Both the position numbers and the translations under genes were made by a program. This document shows positions 31,964-40,918 of a stretch of DNA of 46,529 nucleotides, piece after piece (position 1 is the stretch's first letter; each line of letters starts with the position of its first letter). The notes beneath the pieces are model-generated. The model searched no databases, was not told the origin of the DNA, and was given only the letters and a program-made list of their open reading frames with translations. Source of the DNA: a virus; IMG/VR virus record IMGVR_UViG_3300045988_058853, positions 1-46,529 of that record, one strand, 5' to 3'.

Positions 31964-33650
31964 AACGTTTTAATGTTTCTAAAATTTTGTTTATCTTATT
32001 AGAGTAATCAATATTAGAGCCAAACTCTATAATATTCATATTCTCTCTTTCAAATCTACGCACAAATGTAGGCAAGTTTAGTTTTATCCGCAAATCTTCC
32101 TCACTTATAACGTTTTCTTTATACAAATTAATTGCTTCTTCCCTCGTTAAGTGAGAATAAGGCTCAATCTCTTTCAAGATTAATAACCTTTGCATTTGTA
32201 TTGGGTCATGCCTGTACTCCGTTTCGATTATCTGTGTACGCATAGCGTCTAACTCGCTTTCGCTCGCTCCCGATTCTTTGAGTACTTTATACCTCTCTGC
32301 AAGTTGTTCCGGTGTATAGATGTAAAACTCAGTCCCGTAGTTAATCGAACATGAAACGAAAGTATTCCCGTATCTCAGTCGGCAAACAGTTGCGTCTACA
32401 AAGCATTGTGCTTCCTCAAAGCCTCGTTTAATCCGGTTTAGAATTGTCGTTTGACTCTCAAATGAAGCCTGTACCTGTTTTTCGTTTACGGCTGTTTCTT
32501 TCTGAACTTCACCGCCTACACCTGTCACAGAGGTAATAATGTTCTTCTTTAAACGTTCTTCCTCAGCCACATTGTACTGCAAAGCGGATACATCGGCAGA
32601 AATAATCTTTATCGGGTCTGATAAGTCCGGTTGCAACTCAGTTGGAACGGGTATTTCTACATAAGAACCTGCACCGCTCAGCCGCTTTGACGAACATACG
32701 GGACACTTCATAGGTTGACCATCCATATCTGAGATATACTCACCTGTATCACCGATTAAAAATCCATGTCCGTTACATCTCTCTTTACCTCCGTTCGCAA
32801 TATAATCGCAATCCTGTTCATATCCGGAATATATCGGATAAGCACCGTACAAATCAAGATGTTTCTTTGCCGTTGATTGATACAAATACCAGTCAAGCGA
32901 ATCAAGGACTTTGGTAAGCGGGCTTTTCTTTATATCCGGTTCTTGCAATGATATAGAGTCAGACCAAAAGAACCTTGACGGACAATAACCTAAATCGTGC
33001 GTACTTTCAACCTCTAATGTAAGTGAATTGTTCTTTTCCACTTTAAAACGTCTGTAAAAAACATCATCAATCTGAATCATCTTTTCATCATTCGTCTTGA
33101 ACATTATCCACGCCATGACATTGTTATCCTCTTTGGTAGTTTCGTAGCTAACTACTGAGGCAATATCAATGAAATAGAAATAAGGCTCTGGCTTATCACC
33201 CTGCTGCACTTCCGGCAAATCAATCACAAGAACGGAGTTAATTCTATCCTTGAAATTGTCCCAACCATCAGTAGCCCAAACATGCGGTTCTTTCAGTACT
33301 TCCTGCCTGTAATACTCCCAGTCATCACGATCCTCTGAGTCGGTAAATTGGTAGTTAAATGCAGGATTCCGACCATCAAACACACGGCTCAATTTATCAA
33401 ATATCTCGCTCGTAACTTCGTTTGTCTTTACTGGAAAGTGGAACATAGAGTTAAATATCTCGTATTTGTCCGGTGCGATCCACATCTTTACACGATTAAG
33501 AAAGTCTAAAGCAGGCTTTGTGCGTACATCGTCAACCTTTACCCTTGCGTGGAATGCTATTCGTTCCTCCTGTTCCCTCGCTTTCTGTATCCACTTCCGA
33601 TTGATCGGTTTTCTGAATATCTCCCGTATTTCTTCGACTGATTTTCCCAT
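31923..33650 (-). CDS. Portal protein (putative)
   Basis: 575 aa, first large gene after the terminase. Internal CPVCSSK / C-rich insertion. Positional and size-based. Confidence 0.55.
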   Translation of the reverse strand: MGKSVEEIREIFRKPINRKWIQKAREQEERIAFHARVKVDDVRTKPALDFLNRVKMWIAPDKYEIFNSMFHFPVKTNEVTSEIFDKLSRVFDGRNPAFNYQFTDSEDRDDWEYYRQEVLKEPHVWATDGWDNFKDRINSVLVIDLPEVQQGDKPEPYFYFIDIASVVSYETTKEDNNVMAWIMFKTNDEKMIQIDDVFYRRFKVEKNNSLTLEVESTHDLGYCPSRFFWSDSISLQEPDIKKSPLTKVLDSLDWYLYQSTAKKHLDLYGAYPIYSGYEQDCDYIANGGKERCNGHGFLIGDTGEYISDMDGQPMKCPVCSSKRLSGAGSYVEIPVPTELQPDLSDPIKIISADVSALQYNVAEEERLKKNIITSVTGVGGEVQKETAVNEKQVQASFESQTTILNRIKRGFEEAQCFVDATVCRLRYGNTFVSCSINYGTEFYIYTPEQLAERYKVLKESGASESELDAMRTQIIETEYRHDPIQMQRLLILKEIEPYSHLTREEAINLYKENVISEEDLRIKLNLPTFVRRFERENMNIIEFGSNIDYSNKINKILETLKRYANEQTTLPGASA

Positions 33651-33801
33651 CCTGTTTTAAATAATAGCCTTCGTCCTCTGTCAGTTCCCACCCTCCTTTG
33701 GGAAACATTGATAAAAGACGTTCGGCATGTTCAACTTCAAATAAACGAGTTTCCCCCAACTCTTTACAAGTGAGGGAAACCATTGTTTTTTTAGCATTCA
33801 T
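33532..33801 (-). CDS. Hypothetical protein (89 aa) overlapping the portal start by 119 nt
   Basis: The track start is a GTG. The ATG at 33801 lies 1 nt after the stop of the upstream gene. The C-terminal 39 aa are low-complexity. Confidence 0.35.
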   Translation of the reverse strand: MNAKKTMVSLTCKELGETRLFEVEHAERLLSMFPKGGWELTEDEGYYLKQDGKISRRNTGDIQKTDQSEVDTESEGTGGTNSIPRKGKG

Positions 33802-33802
33802 G

Positions 33803-34444
33803 TTAACCACCTACTCCACTCGGTGCGGGGACTAACTGGGTCAGAGGGTTAAAGTCCGGTTTAAAAATCTCCAAGTTATCCGACCAATTAGGCTTGAAAC
33901 TCCACGAAATTACATTCGTGTCCGGTGCTTCCAAACCTCCGATAGTGCGATCACCTACAAACAGCGATTCAACGGGAATTGGCTTATAGTTTTCACCGTC
34001 TTTAATAGCTGCTATCTGACCGTTGCCGTTAATCAAATACACTCCCAGTCCTCCGGTAACTTCGCACATAAATTGCTTCAAAACCTTGATAACTGCCTGT
34101 GGAGTTTTCAAGAACTTACCAGTACACGGACTACTATTAGACCCCAAAATTTCAACTACGCCACCGGGTGTTGCGTTCCCGCCTCCATACGTCAAAGCCT
34201 CTCCCGCTTCAACAGTAGGTTCAGCAATGTACGGTGAAACTACCATTTTAGTAGCGTCTTTTGCAGCGAGTAAAGCAGTCCAAGTACCCAAAGTTTTTGC
34301 GGTTGCAATAGTTATTGAGTTCTCAGCCGCTTTACCCATCAATCTCTGAAATACTACTTTCTGAATCTGACCGAAGTTCTCCGGACATGTTACAACCGGG
34401 ATATCCGGTAAAGCCGTTCCTAACGGACAATCACAATACAACAT
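33803..34444 (-). CDS. Beta-rich virion-type protein (possible tail tube / major tail protein) in an unusual position between TerL and portal
   Basis: 213 aa with its own TACATTTG box upstream. No other tail-tube candidate lies between the neck genes and the tape measure. Confidence 0.3.
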   Translation of the reverse strand: MLYCDCPLGTALPDIPVVTCPENFGQIQKVVFQRLMGKAAENSITIATAKTLGTWTALLAAKDATKMVVSPYIAEPTVEAGEALTYGGGNATPGGVVEILGSNSSPCTGKFLKTPQAVIKVLKQFMCEVTGGLGVYLINGNGQIAAIKDGENYKPIPVESLFVGDRTIGGLEAPDTNVISWSFKPNWSDNLEIFKPDFNPLTQLVPAPSGVGG

Positions 34445-34529
34445 ATTTTCTTAATTTTTAGTTAAACAATTAATTAACAATGCAAATGTACCTATATTAT
34501 TTTGAAACATAGATACAATTTGCTTTCTA
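34445..34529 (-). promoter_or_regulatory. Promoter candidate (-7 box TACATTTG = plus 34483..34490)
   Basis: Minus strand aataatataggTACATTTGcattgttaattaattg...ATG. Confidence 0.4.
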
Positions 34530-36041
34530 TTAATTTATACGCTTGATTCCCCTCCGTTTCGGTTCAATTGCGGGCATAACCTCTTTCTCTACAATTCCTG
34601 TTAAGGTGTCCGGTGCGTCATCGTGTGCGTTCGCTTTAAAGTCCCTCAGATAGCCTGTAACATCTTCGTAGAAACGTGGAAATTTAGACTCCCACCCGAA
34701 CGGCATGACAATAGATTGCGTAACATTGGCAGCGTGCGTTAATATTCTCGCCTCCTTGTTATTATGCTGAGAAAACCAATGTATCGCCGTCATTGTCTTA
34801 GGTGATATGTTAACAGCGAAAGAACGCCCTCCGTTGTTGCTTTCAATATTAGCATACTCAGTTTCGTTTCTGTTTAACATCTCCGGCACTGTAACCTGTG
34901 TAACCTCTATTGGCTCAGTGGTATATATTACATCGGTGACAAGGCAGAATATTAAATGCTTATATGCCTTGTCTTTCTCACTCCAAACAGGCTGTTTTGA
35001 ACGGTATTTATCATAGCATATACTACAAAGATTATCCGTTCCGGTATCTGCACAATCGGTATAGTTGCCACGACCGAGAAAGACACCGAAATCTGACTTA
35101 TCAGACCACGTTTTAAACTTTCCGTATAGCTGTCCCTCTGCGCTTCCCGGATTCCCTTGATTCAAACACTCAAATTCCACCTTGTCAAGTTCACGCTCAG
35201 CAAGAAGTTTCTTTGCGCTATGTTTCTCTTCCCACAACGCCTCACCTTCTTGGCGTGGATCTATTTCTGTCGGATCACCCACTTTCAAGGCAGGAAAGTT
35301 TATCTTTACCCATGCGCCATCAGGTATATTATCAAGGTCGGACCATTTTGTTACCGTGATAACTTTCTCTTTCTTTTCTATACGACCTATCAAGTCGTCT
35401 TTATGCCATCGTGTAAATACGATCAATTCTTGACCGTTATTATCGAGTCGTTTGCGGATAACAGTTGTGTACCACTTCCAAGCGGCTTCCCGTATGATAG
35501 GAGAATTTGCCTCCAAGTGATCCTTATACACGTCGTCAAGTATAGAAACATTTACAGATTTACCCGTCAAACCTCCCGAACGTCCGACAGCCGTAACCGA
35601 CCCTTTTCTGCCTATTACCTCAGTCATTTTGCTGTTACGAGTATATGCTTCATAACGTGACGTTTTCTCAGCACCCATTATTCGAGTACCAGGGAACAAA
35701 CTAATATACTCCGGAGTGTCTAAAATGCGCTGTACGTCCTTATTAAAGCCCTCAGCAAGTGTTGCAGCATAAGAGCCTATTGCTATCTTATCGTCTGGAC
35801 GCAAACCTAAAATGAAGGCCGGTAGTTTACGGCTACTACCTTCCGATTTTCCTGTTTGCGGTGGTACTGAGATAATCAACTTCTTTATCTTTCCATGCGC
35901 AAACATATCAAGAATTTCGTAATACGTTTTATGAAACTGGCTTAATATAATTCCATTATCCACATATTTAGCAAAATTCTTAAACTTGTTTCTCGCAACG
36001 TGCTTTACAATCTCTTCTGGTGGTATATTATTTATCTTCAT
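34530..36041 (-). CDS. terL: Terminase large subunit
   Basis: Walker A VPPQTGKS, Walker B SILDDVYKD, C-terminal nuclease-like region. The track start (36098) is a GTG. The ATG at 36041 is preceded by GGAGGTAACA and overlaps TerS by 14 nt. Confidence 0.85.
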   Translation of the reverse strand: MKINNIPPEEIVKHVARNKFKNFAKYVDNGIILSQFHKTYYEILDMFAHGKIKKLIISVPPQTGKSEGSSRKLPAFILGLRPDDKIAIGSYAATLAEGFNKDVQRILDTPEYISLFPGTRIMGAEKTSRYEAYTRNSKMTEVIGRKGSVTAVGRSGGLTGKSVNVSILDDVYKDHLEANSPIIREAAWKWYTTVIRKRLDNNGQELIVFTRWHKDDLIGRIEKKEKVITVTKWSDLDNIPDGAWVKINFPALKVGDPTEIDPRQEGEALWEEKHSAKKLLAERELDKVEFECLNQGNPGSAEGQLYGKFKTWSDKSDFGVFLGRGNYTDCADTGTDNLCSICYDKYRSKQPVWSEKDKAYKHLIFCLVTDVIYTTEPIEVTQVTVPEMLNRNETEYANIESNNGGRSFAVNISPKTMTAIHWFSQHNNKEARILTHAANVTQSIVMPFGWESKFPRFYEDVTGYLRDFKANAHDDAPDTLTGIVEKEVMPAIEPKRRGIKRIN

Positions 36042-36621
36042 TGTTACCTCCATTCTGCAAAGCGTCTGCCATTTTTTCGAGAACATCTTCCGGGACACTG
36101 GATAAGTCGTATTTTGGTTTCTCTTTTTCTTTATCCCCTACAATAGAAACAACCAACGGACTATCATAGCCTAACAAGCGTGCTTTTCTTTGCTGCACGT
36201 TAAGAATGACATTCAAGAACGAAGGGTCACCAGTTGTGGTTTCCTTTTGCACCTCGACAGCCGTTTTAAACCTGTATTTCGTTTTGCATTTAGGACGCTT
36301 AGAGCGTTCCCATTCCTCCCACGCCTCCCTCGCTACATTGTCGAGTGCTTGAATTTCCTGTGTAACATACTGGTCTATGTTAGTGAATTGTTCCCGCTTC
36401 CACTCAGCCAAACATTTCTGAATGTCGTTATACACAGACTGATAAGATATTTGTATATCTATTCCCATCTCCTTGTAGCGTTCATTGATCTTATCTCTGA
36501 TTCTGCGATAAGAATAGCCCTTGAGAAACAATTCAGATTCAAGTGCTTTGTCAGCCTCCCATTGTTCGTCAGTTCTCTTTATTTTTCCTTGTGATTTAAT
36601 CATACTACCTACTTTAACCAT
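36028..36621 (-). CDS. terS: Terminase small subunit (putative)
   Basis: 197 aa immediately upstream of, and overlapping, TerL. First gene after a terminator and a promoter-like box. Confidence 0.55.
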   Translation of the reverse strand: MVKVGSMIKSQGKIKRTDEQWEADKALESELFLKGYSYRRIRDKINERYKEMGIDIQISYQSVYNDIQKCLAEWKREQFTNIDQYVTQEIQALDNVAREAWEEWERSKRPKCKTKYRFKTAVEVQKETTTGDPSFLNVILNVQQRKARLLGYDSPLVVSIVGDKEKEKPKYDLSSVPEDVLEKMADALQNGGNNEDK

Positions 36622-36718
36622 ATCATTAATAATTATATTTAAACAAAAATAGATTCACTTTGCTAAAAATGAACAGTTTACCTATGCAAATATATATATA
36701 TTAACTCGAATATAAAAG
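36622..36718 (-). promoter_or_regulatory. Late-operon promoter candidate (-7 box TATATTTG = plus 36687..36694)
   Basis: Minus strand atatatataTATTTGcataggtaaactg... about 65 nt upstream of the TerS ATG. No clear TTTG -33 element. Confidence 0.35.
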
Positions 36719-36753
36719 AATAGGCATGTCGCAATAGTTGCAACACGCCTATT
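36719..36753 (-). terminator. Terminator hairpin closing the early block
   Basis: Outer stem aataggc/gcctatt, inner stem gcaa/ttgc. The minus strand continues CTTTTATATT. Confidence 0.5.
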
Positions 36754-36775
36754 CACTACGTATCAATAATTAAAA

Positions 36776-37429
36776 TCAAAGTTTCGGTTCATATATATCA
36801 TCAAAATAAGCCTTAGGCAGAATATGATATACACCGTCCTCAGATAGCATAACATAGTTTCCGTAGGGTACGCACACTTCTTTTTCTTCCCTATCTCTAA
36901 AATACACACATTCGTTTGATTTATAACCGTAAATGTGCAAACCAATGTCGCCAATCTCTTTTTTAAAATTACCTTCACGTGATACATAAACTGCTTTTAC
37001 TTCGTGTATTTTCCTAACGTAAACATTCCTGTTTGACACCTTTTTAGACTCATATTCAATACTTATCCCCATATCGGTATGTATCACAGTCGTTTCAGTT
37101 TCTTTTCCTTCCGCCTCTTTTTTCGCTTGACTGATCAATTCATCATATTGCTCTTTCGTGTACAACTGTCCGCCTAACATATACATGTTGTATTCGTCTT
37201 TCAAAATCAATTGTAGAGTATGAATAGCTTTCGCAATATCTCTTTCTTTGTTTTTTCGTCTGTGACGGAATGCGTATTTTATCGCATATCCGTCCATTGT
37301 ATTAACATTATTCTGATTGAGAAACTGATATAAAGGAATAGAATCGCCTTGATAGTGATTACCGTCTATTTGAATACCCTCAGGATCAGCTGCTAAAATA
37401 GCGTTAATTTTGATTTGCCCTAAATTCAT
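36776..37429 (-). CDS. DUF3310-like protein with a C-terminal extension
   Basis: MDGYAIKYAFRHRRKNKERDIAKAIHTLQLIL matches the DUF3310 core pattern. Confidence 0.5.
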   Translation of the reverse strand: MNLGQIKINAILAADPEGIQIDGNHYQGDSIPLYQFLNQNNVNTMDGYAIKYAFRHRRKNKERDIAKAIHTLQLILKDEYNMYMLGGQLYTKEQYDELISQAKKEAEGKETETTVIHTDMGISIEYESKKVSNRNVYVRKIHEVKAVYVSREGNFKKEIGDIGLHIYGYKSNECVYFRDREEKEVCVPYGNYVMLSEDGVYHILPKAYFDDIYEPKL

Positions 37430-37430
37430 T

Positions 37431-37631
37431 TTAATCTATTATTTTAAGTTTAACATCTATGTTTCTTACAAACGGTGTTTCTTTTGATAACATGTTAGCA
37501 AGTTCTTTTAACACTTGCGATTGTTCTTTATCCATCGACAGAGGGGACACCGTACCATCACCGTTCGATATTACTAAAAAGAACGCACCTTCCTGAAGTT
37601 CTTTTAATTCCTCCTTAATATTTCTTTCCAT
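37431..37631 (-). CDS. Hypothetical protein (66 aa)
   Basis: The track start is a TTG. The ATG at 37631 gives MERNIKEELKELQ... Confidence 0.5.
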   Translation of the reverse strand: MERNIKEELKELQEGAFFLVISNGDGTVSPLSMDKEQSQVLKELANMLSKETPFVRNIDVKLKIID

Positions 37632-38211
37632 GTTTGTAGCCTCTCGTTTCGTTATACCGTATTTTAGCCTCAATTGCTTTGCCTAAATCAATGCTGTGTA
37701 TGATGGCTATTGCTGCACAAATTTCCATCATTACCATTAAATTCTGACAGCAAGTTTTTTCATTTAGAGTAGACCACGAACTTAACACATAAACGTAATA
37801 AGCAAACGTATTAGGAGAGTCTTTCATCTGATTTACACGTTCATTAATGCGATGTTTAAACAAAACTACATCGTTTCCCTCTTTTCCCTCTTTGTTATAC
37901 TTACCGACCGCATCCATACACCGGATAAAAACATCCGCAAGTTCATCGCTAACGGTATCTTTTATACATTGATTAAATTTCGACTTGAAACTTTCATCTT
38001 CCTTATATGCTAACACCCAAGTATACTTTCCGTTTTCAACAGTTCTTCCATTTCGTTCCGCATCCATCGCTTCGCACATCTCCGAAATGATAAGCCCGAA
38101 TATCTCAGTAAGAGGAACGTCCCGATCATGGAAACCTTTTTCCTTCATTCTTTTATGCTGTTCTTTACATTCTTTTGTTAAGAAAATAACGCTTTTACTA
38201 AAATCAATCAT
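37615..38211 (-). CDS. MazG-like nucleoside triphosphate pyrophosphohydrolase
   Basis: All-alpha; acidic motifs LIISEMCEAMDAER and SDELADVFIRCMD. Confidence 0.55.
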   Translation of the reverse strand: MIDFSKSVIFLTKECKEQHKRMKEKGFHDRDVPLTEIFGLIISEMCEAMDAERNGRTVENGKYTWVLAYKEDESFKSKFNQCIKDTVSDELADVFIRCMDAVGKYNKEGKEGNDVVLFKHRINERVNQMKDSPNTFAYYVYVLSSWSTLNEKTCCQNLMVMMEICAAIAIIHSIDLGKAIEAKIRYNETRGYKHGKKY

Positions 38212-38214
38212 ATC

Positions 38215-38934
38215 TTATTTGTTTAAAGTTAATGTTTTGCGTATAAAATCTAATCCCTTTTGAAACACCACTGTCTTTATATTAATGCAGTTAGTTCCAT
38301 CACTTTTTGTATATTGAGTTTCAACGGTTCTAAAATACCCCAAATCTATATACTTTTGATAAGGCATGTTTTTACGATCAAGAACACGTTTATCTCTTAA
38401 TACTTCAAATATTTTATTCCGACCTATCCCCATATTCAACACAGTTGCAACCGTTCGCATATCAATAGTGTCCTCGCTACCTGTAACAGCATTATAAAAC
38501 TCAACCTTTGGAGTCTGCTCTAACAGCAATTTATTTTTCTCCTCTATTTCCTCCGCTTGTTTTGCTTCTAACATTAAAGCCTCGCTAAATGTAGACGGAA
38601 TAACGAAGTTGCCGAAACGCTTCTCCTTTTCGAGTTCTTCCCAACGATTAATGATTTTAGCCCGTAGATTTGCATCATATCCGCTTGCAAGAAGTAGGCT
38701 ATCTTTTTTAGTTAGAAGATAATAAGGGTCTTTTCTTTCTGCGTTATTCCCTAACTTGGTGATTTTGAACATCAATTCAAAATTGAATTTATGTTTTTCT
38801 TCCAGTTGTTCAAGGATATTGCGAATATCTCTCATAACATTTGAATGTTGTTTACCTGTGAGCTCTGCTATCTGCAAAGAACTCATAGTTTCTTTTGCGT
38901 TTATAGTTTCGCCAACTTTAATCAAATTATTCAT
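38215..38934 (-). CDS. Rha-like / KilAC-type antirepressor (paralog 4 of 5)
   Basis: MNNLIKVGETINAKETMSSLQIAELTGKQHSNVMRDIR...RAKIINRWEELE. C-term TPKVEFYNAVTGSEDTIDMRTVATVL. Confidence 0.7.
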   Translation of the reverse strand: MNNLIKVGETINAKETMSSLQIAELTGKQHSNVMRDIRNILEQLEEKHKFNFELMFKITKLGNNAERKDPYYLLTKKDSLLLASGYDANLRAKIINRWEELEKEKRFGNFVIPSTFSEALMLEAKQAEEIEEKNKLLLEQTPKVEFYNAVTGSEDTIDMRTVATVLNMGIGRNKIFEVLRDKRVLDRKNMPYQKYIDLGYFRTVETQYTKSDGTNCINIKTVVFQKGLDFIRKTLTLNK

Positions 38935-38946
38935 ATTTTTCTATTT

Positions 38947-39219
38947 TTAAAATGGTAATTCACTATATTTTTCACACCCCTCGCAGCAATAATCTTTTTT
39001 CTCTCCGGTCAACGAGCATTTATACTTTCCGGATCTTTTCTTAGCAGGAAGATATATACAGTTTCCGCAATATCGAATGTTTCCTAAATTTGATTTGCTT
39101 TCAAATTCCAACATTTCTTTAAGACATGCGGCATGTCTTTTCTTTGCTACTTGCATGTCCTTGTATGCTTCTTCTTCCTGCAAAATAAGAACTGCTAATT
39201 GATTCAATTTACTTTCCAT
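38947..39219 (-). CDS. Small Cys-rich (zinc-binding?) protein
   Basis: The track start is a GTG. The ATG at 39219 gives MESKLNQLAV.... C-term YCGNC...CSLTGEKKDYCCEGC. Confidence 0.5.
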   Translation of the reverse strand: MESKLNQLAVLILQEEEAYKDMQVAKKRHAACLKEMLEFESKSNLGNIRYCGNCIYLPAKKRSGKYKCSLTGEKKDYCCEGCEKYSELPF

Positions 39220-39487
39220 GATAAAACTCCCTTCGTACTTTTTCAAACCTGCTAAACGCCTCCACTTCACTCTCAGAAAACACAAGTTCACCCAAACCTG
39301 CACAGTATAAATCAGCTTTCAATATAATTTTATCAAGTTCTAAAAGAGAATCGAAGGTTTTATCCCTATCCTTTCTAATTTTTCTTTTTCCACTCAAAAT
39401 ATTGGTAAACTGTCTTTGTTCCTTTAAGCTAAATTTAACCGTAACAAAACGACTTTTAAGTCGATTAATCTTTCTTGATTTCTTCAT
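39209..39487 (-). CDS. Hypothetical basic protein
   Basis: ATG start; operon context. Confidence 0.5.
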   Translation of the reverse strand: MKKSRKINRLKSRFVTVKFSLKEQRQFTNILSGKRKIRKDRDKTFDSLLELDKIILKADLYCAGLGELVFSESEVEAFSRFEKVRREFYHGK

Positions 39488-39863
39488 TTGAATTTATGTC
39501 TTTTAAGTTGGTTATCCATTCGTTCAACGGGTAAGGTATTCCGGCTTTCTTCATCATTGATTTAGCTTTTTCCCAGTTACCCAAAGACGGGTTAAAACCC
39601 TTCATTTCCTCGATTGCTCTATCATGGCACTGTTTAGGTGTCTCACCATTCAATTTCTCAATACTTTTCACTCTAAACCCTGTGATTGACTCTGTTATAT
39701 CTACCATCTGAAATGTTTTATCCCAGTGTAGAAAATATTGATAAGCACCGATTTGGTACATAAACCCAGTTACAACGCTTACACCGTCTTCGTATAGCCC
39801 AGTACTTTCGTTTAGTCTATGAACCGCAATCTTAAACTCTCCGGGCATTCTTCTTTTTTCCAT
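39465..39863 (-). CDS. Hypothetical protein
   Basis: ATG start; operon context. Confidence 0.55.
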   Translation of the reverse strand: MEKRRMPGEFKIAVHRLNESTGLYEDGVSVVTGFMYQIGAYQYFLHWDKTFQMVDITESITGFRVKSIEKLNGETPKQCHDRAIEEMKGFNPSLGNWEKAKSMMKKAGIPYPLNEWITNLKDINSNEEIKKD

Positions 39864-39884
39864 AATTCTACTATTTAATTGTTA

Positions 39885-40061
39885 TTACTTTACTTCTAAA
39901 TCTCTAAGGATATTTGTTGCACGCTCGTTCCCATTCTCAGCCGCTTTAACTAAAGCCTCGTAATGTGATAGCTTGTTTCCGCCAAAAACGTGTGCAGAAC
40001 GCAAAAGCATTAATAACTTTGAATGACTGATCTTTTCTCCTTTATAAATGTAAGTTGTCAT
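39885..40061 (-). CDS. Small ORF (58 aa; below the track cutoff), first gene after cassette D
   Basis: Own translation: MTTYIYKGEKISHSKLLMLLRSAHVFGGNKLSHYEALVKAAENGNERATNILRDLEVK. Confidence 0.45.
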   Translation of the reverse strand: MTTYIYKGEKISHSKLLMLLRSAHVFGGNKLSHYEALVKAAENGNERATNILRDLEVK

Positions 40062-40170
40062 ATTGGTTAATTTTTAATTGTTACTACTTTGTTTCCTTTT
40101 GACACTGCAAATATAAAGCAAAACTTTAATATTCTAATTATAAATTTAATCTTTAACACTTATTTAACAC
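40062..40170 (-). promoter_or_regulatory. Promoter/leader cassette copy D (-7 box TATATTTG = plus 40108..40115)
   Basis: Near-identical to copy C in the leader (46 nt, 1 mismatch) and the distal segment (29 nt identical). Confidence 0.65.
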
Positions 40171-40203
40171 AAAAAGGGATACCCTGCTTTAGAGTATCCC
40201 CCC
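40171..40203 (-). terminator. Rho-independent terminator after ssb
   Basis: Stem gggatac (40176-40182) / gtatccc (40194-40200). The minus strand continues TTTTTGTG. Confidence 0.7.
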
Positions 40204-40207
40204 GTTT

Positions 40208-40663
40208 TTAGAATGGCAAATCATCTGCAAATTGCTGTTCTTTTAAGGCTCGTGATGGTGGCGGTGTCGGTTGTACTGGCGGATGACCCCCACTTCCGGC
40301 AGATTCCGCCCGCTGACCGCTATTGCCTCCAGGCTTCGCTCCCATCTGCATGTTAGAAACTAAAATTTCCGCAATAGTCTTTTCTACGTTATTCGAGTCT
40401 GTGTACTTCCGATAATGCAAAGTGCCCTCTACATATAACTCTATACCTTTAGTAACATATTGCTCGCATACACCTGCCAAGCCTCCTTTGAATACCACGT
40501 TGTGAAAGTCCGTGCGTTCCGGCACTTCAACACCGCTACTCGTTTTATATGCACGCTCGTTTGTAGCGATAGACACGTTGCAAATTTTACCTCCATTATC
40601 AAACGTTTTTACTTGCGGGTCATTGCACACCCGACCGATCAACTGAATTTTGTTTAAGTTCAT
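40208..40663 (-). CDS. ssb: Single-stranded DNA-binding protein
   Basis: OB-fold N-term MNLNKIQLIGRVCNDPQVKTF...TDFHNVVFKG...LYVEGTLHYRKY, Gly/Pro-rich linker, acidic tail DDLPF. Confidence 0.95.
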   Translation of the reverse strand: MNLNKIQLIGRVCNDPQVKTFDNGGKICNVSIATNERAYKTSSGVEVPERTDFHNVVFKGGLAGVCEQYVTKGIELYVEGTLHYRKYTDSNNVEKTIAEILVSNMQMGAKPGGNSGQRAESAGSGGHPPVQPTPPPSRALKEQQFADDLPF

Positions 40664-40914
40664 TGCATTAATTTTAAAAAGATGAATACTAAGAATAGCA
40701 CAAAGATAGCTATATCTATAAAACTTACACGAATTCCATCGTCTATTTTTCGTGATACCGTTTTGAAATTCTCAGCAACACGCAAATAATCATATTCGCC
40801 AGACCCTGTGAAAATCTTAGTCGAATCGTTACAAGCCTCCAAAGATACTACTTTGTCCCTATTTATTAATACCTTTTGTCCGTCTACTCCAGTAAATTCT
40901 ACTAATTTTCCCAT
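40660..40914 (-). CDS. Small protein with a C-terminal TM anchor
   Basis: 84 aa ending IDIAIFVLFLVFIFLKLMQ. Confidence 0.5.
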   Translation of the reverse strand: MGKLVEFTGVDGQKVLINRDKVVSLEACNDSTKIFTGSGEYDYLRVAENFKTVSRKIDDGIRVSFIDIAIFVLFLVFIFLKLMQ

Positions 40915-40918
40915 GATA

